Below, in pieces: positions 62,101-64,000 of a stretch of 64,000 bases of DNA (its first letter is position 1; each line of letters starts with the position of its first letter). Source of the DNA: a bacterium (GTDB lineage: Bacteria > Bdellovibrionota_C > UBA2361 > CALJRW01); the NCBI GenBank assembly GCA_031385045.1, contig JANNBC010000009.1, positions 16,186 through 80,185 on the forward strand. Direction: 5' to 3'. The position numbers and the translations under genes were made by a program. The notes under the pieces were generated by a model. It saw only the letters and a program-made list of their open reading frames with translations, searched no databases and had not been told where the DNA came from.

Positions 62101-63012
62101 TTACCAAATTTGCAGTTCTGTTTCTAAGGTAATGCCTTGTTTTTGGTTTACATCTTCTTTAATCAAAGAAATTAAGGCTAGGACTTCCTGAGCAAGTGCC
62201 TCCTTTGAGGGATTTACAATCCAATTGGCATGCAACTCGGATACTAAGGCATTACCTTGAGCTCTGCCCTTAAACCCAGCTTTTTCAATAATCTCTCCGG
62301 CATAAGCCTTGGGCGGATTCTTAAAAATAGACCCAGCTGAAGCTAAGGTTAAAGGTTGAGTGGCCTTTCTATAGGTCAAATGTTTTTGTTGTTCGGCAAA
62401 AATTGTTTCTGGATTTCCTGGGGTTAACTTAATTATTGCTGAAATAATAATCGCCTCTGGCGGTAATGGTGTCTGACGATAGGAGAAACTAAGACTTTTA
62501 GCATCAACAGTCTGTAAAACCGCTTGCGCATCAAAATAGCTGACCGATCTTAAAACCTGACTAATTTCTCCTAGATGTGCCCCGGCATTCATTCGGACAG
62601 CACCACCAAAAGTTGCCGGAATACCTCCAGCAAACTCCAATCCAGAAAAACCTAACTTGGAGACCTCACGAGAAAGCACCATCAGTGGCATACTACCTCC
62701 AACTTCAAAAGTATCTTCAGTCAATTGACGATAATATCGAAATCTTCGACCAAGTCTAATAACTGGTTGTTCAACTCCTTGATCTGGAATTAACAAATTA
62801 CTTCCTGCCCCAATAACTTTATAACCTAAAGAATATTCTCTAATAAAGGAAAGACAACTCGCCAACTCTTCTGGTGAGTTTGGCTCTATCAGCACAGCCA
62901 ACTCTCCACCGATTGAAAATGTTGTTAACTTTTTTCCAGAGATATCTAGTTGGACAGCACAGTTAGAAATTTTTTGAAAATCCCTAAGCCAAAGCGCTCT
63001 ATGATCAAGCAT
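62101..63012 (-). CDS. murB: UDP-N-acetylenolpyruvoylglucosamine reductase
   Basis: TFSIGG, IGAGSNLL, GLEFAGGIPAT.GGAVRMNAGA, SAGSIFKNP, HANWIVN; ATG at 63012. Confidence 0.95.
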   Translation of the reverse strand: MLDHRALWLRDFQKISNCAVQLDISGKKLTTFSIGGELAVLIEPNSPEELASCLSFIREYSLGYKVIGAGSNLLIPDQGVEQPVIRLGRRFRYYRQLTEDTFEVGGSMPLMVLSREVSKLGFSGLEFAGGIPATFGGAVRMNAGAHLGEISQVLRSVSYFDAQAVLQTVDAKSLSFSYRQTPLPPEAIIISAIIKLTPGNPETIFAEQQKHLTYRKATQPLTLASAGSIFKNPPKAYAGEIIEKAGFKGRAQGNALVSELHANWIVNPSKEALAQEVLALISLIKEDVNQKQGITLETELQIW

Positions 63013-64000
63013 ATTTATTCGCAATGTTTTTGGCAAAATTTCCGATAGAACCTGCTCCCATGCAAACTAACACATCCCCAGATCGAAACTCTGACTGCAA
63101 ACTATCATAACAATCCTCTAACGTTCCAGCATAGGAACAGTTTTGATGGGCAATACTTTGAGCTAAATTTTCAGCATTAATCTGTTCAATTTCTAACTCT
63201 CCCGCGGAATAAATATCGGAAATCATCACTTGGTCACAATGCTCAAAGCAATGCTGAAATTCATCCCAACATTCTGCAGTTCTTGTGTAACGATGTGGTT
63301 GAAAAATTACATGTACACGTCCAGCTTGTTGGCCATAGGCCTCGCTAATTGCGGAAAGTGTCGCTTTAATTTCAGTTGGATGATGTGCATAATCATTAAT
63401 AATAGTGACCCCTTGGTGACAGGCAACAATTTCCGATCTTCTAGAAACCCCTTGAAAACTACTTAAGGCATCCTTGATAATTCCCAGAGAAATTCCAAAT
63501 TCCATGGCCACAGCAAAAACACTAAGACAGTTTAACATGAAGTGTCGCCCCACTAACGGAATTTGATAAACACCTAAACTTTCCTCTTCTTTAAAAACCT
63601 CGAACTCTGTTCCTTGTGGTGAAATCTTTAAGCATTTGGCACGAAGTGTTGCCTTAGAACTTAAGCCATAAGAAATCTTCCGGCAGTTTAACTGATCGTA
63701 AATTTTACTAACTCGTGGATCGTCGACACACATTACCGCTAAGCCATAAAATGGGACTGACTTTACAAATTGATGAAAGGCTTTTTCGATCTCTTCCACC
63801 GTCCCGTAAGTGCTTAAATGCTCCTTATCAATATTAGTTACAACGGCAATCGTCGGTTTTAAGTGTAAAAAACTTTTATCAGACTCATCGGCCTCAGCAA
63901 CAAGAAAGTCTCCCTTCCCTAATTTTCCAGTGCTATTATATTTATGAACAATTCCACCGATAATTACAGTTGGATCAAACTTAGCCTCCTCCATTACAGC
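63005..64000 (-). CDS. murC: UDP-N-acetylmuramate-L-alanine ligase (5' end outside window)
   Basis: VAEADESDKSF, TNIDKEH, DYAHHPTEI, FQPHRYTRT, MGAGSI. Confidence 0.96.
   Translation of the reverse strand, partial: AVMEEAKFDPTVIIGGIVHKYNSTGKLGKGDFLVAEADESDKSFLHLKPTIAVVTNIDKEHLSTYGTVEEIEKAFHQFVKSVPFYGLAVMCVDDPRVSKIYDQLNCRKISYGLSSKATLRAKCLKISPQGTEFEVFKEEESLGVYQIPLVGRHFMLNCLSVFAVAMEFGISLGIIKDALSSFQGVSRRSEIVACHQGVTIINDYAHHPTEIKATLSAISEAYGQQAGRVHVIFQPHRYTRTAECWDEFQHCFEHCDQVMISDIYSAGELEIEQINAENLAQSIAHQNCSYAGTLEDCYDSLQSEFRSGDVLVCMGAGSIGNFAKNIANKYA

Overview
AT-rich bacterial chromosomal window, mostly housekeeping genes. Gene content (CarD, DUF1844-like protein, Myxococcus-type Cys repeats, mitochondrial-type aconitase) suggests a deltaproteobacterial or Bdellovibrionota-like lineage; this is an inference. 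Core genes: mraZ-rsmH-ftsL-ftsI (left edge), glmS, thyA-folA, aconitase, sufS-yaaA, thrS, yacG, DUF47-pit-dedA, rpmG, tyrS, rpsO-pnp, argF-like, gltX, ligA, tsaD-rsmA, carD, rpmI-rplT, murC-murB (right edge), tRNA-Arg(TCG) and tRNA-Val(GAC). The strongest candidate for an undescribed system is at 55.6-61.9 kb: a 1054-aa secreted protein with 17 tandem Cys-rich repeats and a C-terminal Hint domain that keeps Cys1 and TxxH but lacks the splicing His-Asn (Hedgehog-like autoprocessing), followed by an unknown exported protein and a second Cys-rich secreted protein. Other oddities: REP-like palindromes nested inside copies of themselves, a 98-bp tandem repeat of the tRNA-Arg 3' end with an inverted T-arm next to a toxin-antitoxin pair, a P1B-ATPase-like protein lacking its catalytic motifs, an orphan HerA-type ATPase inside a glycosyltransferase cluster, a kinase split by one in-frame TGA, an atypical transcarbamylase paired with a sarcosine-oxidase-like gene, a 22-bp motif at the same distance upstream of two unrelated genes, and a permuted dcw cluster. 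All calls come from reading motifs by eye; no database searches were run.
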